DNA of 49,546 nt, the filler included, from Catajapyx aquilonaris (Eukaryota): the NCBI GenBank assembly GCA_000934665.2. It is 3 parts of 3 records of this genome, joined end to end, with 100 filler letters (N's around TTAATTAATTAA, not from the genome) between each part and the next. Parts side by side here need not be neighbours in the genome. Positions count along the whole stretch, not along the records: positions 33,074 to 49,546 come from JYFJ02007186.1; 2 more parts are not named here. One strand, 5' to 3'. Positions 47,631 to 49,546 of this stretch are shown piece after piece. Every line of letters begins with the position of its first letter. Position 1 is the first letter of the stretch. A program made the position numbers and the translations under genes. The notes below the pieces were generated by a model. It did not search any database, was not told the origin of the DNA, and saw only the letters and a list, made by a program, of their open reading frames with translations.

Positions 47631-49546
47631 TAAGTCAGAAATGACTAAAAATTTCAGCGCCCTCCCTAGGGAACCACCCCCTTCCCCCCTAAGAGAGCCA
47701 CTGGCTCTATCACGGGGTAAAAAAAAAACTAACAATGAAGAAAAAAAACATCAACAATGGCTTTTTAAAATCATTTATGAAATCCACATGTTTTGATTGA
47801 TGCTATACTTTCATTTCGCATATATCTCAACTAAACTCGGAGCTTCAAGTATCAATGGTTTTATTTCATCACATTCATGTAGACATTTAGCGTATTTTTA
47901 AATAATACCGGTATTCGGTATACCTAAGTATACTTACACCGCCTCTGGCCTTTACCATAATGGTGCATTAAATTGAGAAATATTGTAAGTACATTTGAAC
48001 CAAACGTGTTTTTTTATAGTTTTTTTTTCGATGGTGACTGTACTATTAAATAAGGCAAATACCACTGTTACAATTCACCAGAAATCACGTGCGTAATATA
48101 TTTCACGATATTTCACGCCCTTTTCCGGAACGGTTCCGGAAATACGTGTAGGTACTAAATTGTACTATGTTATATGCATTTCAAGCAAGGGAAAATGTTA
48201 TTTTGGTACACCTTGAAATGACTATTAATATAGGCCTACATCGATTACTAAATTTAATATTGTAAAACTAATTGTCCTGTATACGAGTGCAAATGGATGT
48301 GGATTTCACAGAGTTTTTAAATATTTATGACTATGACTTGTGACCCATTGCCTGATCTGAAATGGAATCACCCAGCACTTAGAGCACCCTACAGGCCTAC
48401 AGGGATTACACCGGTAATACCTATACTGTAGGTTGAAAAAATACTGCGCTAGAGGAAACCAGACCCCTATTATGCAATTGGCTGCACAATGAATCCGAAA
48501 TTACCAAAATTAACCAACAAAGTAATTTCATCTTGGAATATTATATGTACCATATAGAGGCCAGTTACAGCAACACGTAAATTGAACAGAAAATCTCAAT
48601 TTCTGGCATTTGAATGCATTGCGAATGTTCAATCGCACACTTTCTATTTAATTTGCGTGCTGCATACAACTGGCCCTTACGTCCCAGATGAATCTTTTCA
48701 ATAAGAGTTAGGTCTATAGATGAATTTTGCTTACCTCTCTATGATAGGCATCGATAGCTCGTCGTCTGCCCTCGTACGTCTCCCTTGCATGAAATAGAGA
48801 GCTTATCCTTTCTGCGCTGCACTGAAAGGGAAAGTTTTATCACGACTGTAGTGTAGAGTAGTTTACACTATAGTCTAGAAACACTACTAGTACTATAAAA
48901 GTATTTACCCGAAAGTCGAGGAGTCTAACCGTACCCTTGACGGAGGACTTTTTAGCGGGGTTGTCGGGTATGAATAGAAAATCCATACGTAGAGCATCTC
49001 TTGGGAGAAGAGGCTTGACATGTTTTACCACTCGTTGAGATCTAGCCACGGTTTTCTTCACATGCTAATATTTAAAAAAATCAATTAGTATTCTATTAAA
49101 TGTTCCTTATGAGTTATTATTATGAGCAACTCAATCTCACTTTTTTGGTTGATGCTAGACCTAGAAGCTCGCTCGATTTTACTTCGATTGGCATAGTGGT
49201 TGTGGTCTCTGAAAGATGGAATTTTGCACAGTATAAAAGATATGCAGGTATATAGGCTGTCAAACAAGTCTGAGATCCAGGGTTAAGAAAAATTCAACAT
49301 TCTCTGTTTTTAAGATTCAAAGAAACATTGTCACCAGGTCTCGAATTTTCATTCTCCGACAGCTATTTTCTCGACTATTTTGGACCCTCAGCATTTCCGC
49401 ATCACAGTAACTCTGAAGAAATTAATCACGAGTCATGCTGTTGTTTTCCTCGTCGCCAGGTATGGAGAGCATGTTATAAGTAGTTCATAATACAACCTAT
49501 AGGCGGCGGACGACTACCTGACGGCACGGCCGTGAACTGTTTCGAA

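Noticed and set aside
1..49546. CRISPR arrays, rRNA genes or prokaryotic operons
   Set aside because: No regularly spaced repeat-spacer units or rRNA-like tracts; spliced genes and SINEs show eukaryotic DNA.

Overview
Eukaryotic (invertebrate animal) draft scaffold: three contigs joined by two 100-N spacers carrying an artificial TTAATTAATTAA linker. The middle contig (16588-32973) holds a dual oxidase (Duox)-like gene in circularly permuted order: a 17-exon 3' part, then a 6-exon 5' part. The two parts are complementary and break at almost the same point of the protein, which suggests a tandem array or collapsed repeat. All exons splice in frame, yet the O2-site, NADPH-binding and distal peroxidase residues are substituted, and a Thr/Pro mucin-like stalk follows the signal peptide. 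It is therefore a candidate Duox pseudo-enzyme. The left contig has a frameshifted PIF1 helicase fused to a USP (C19) deubiquitinase domain (Helitron-like relic), a non-autonomous Helitron, and an intronless >730-aa orphan ORF with a Gly-rich N-terminus cut by the gap. The right contig has a small secreted Cys-rich multi-exon gene missed by the ORF track and exons of an unidentified acidic-repeat protein. Fold-back MITEs, tRNA-derived SINEs and microsatellites are scattered throughout. All family assignments come from motif recognition by eye; no searches were run.
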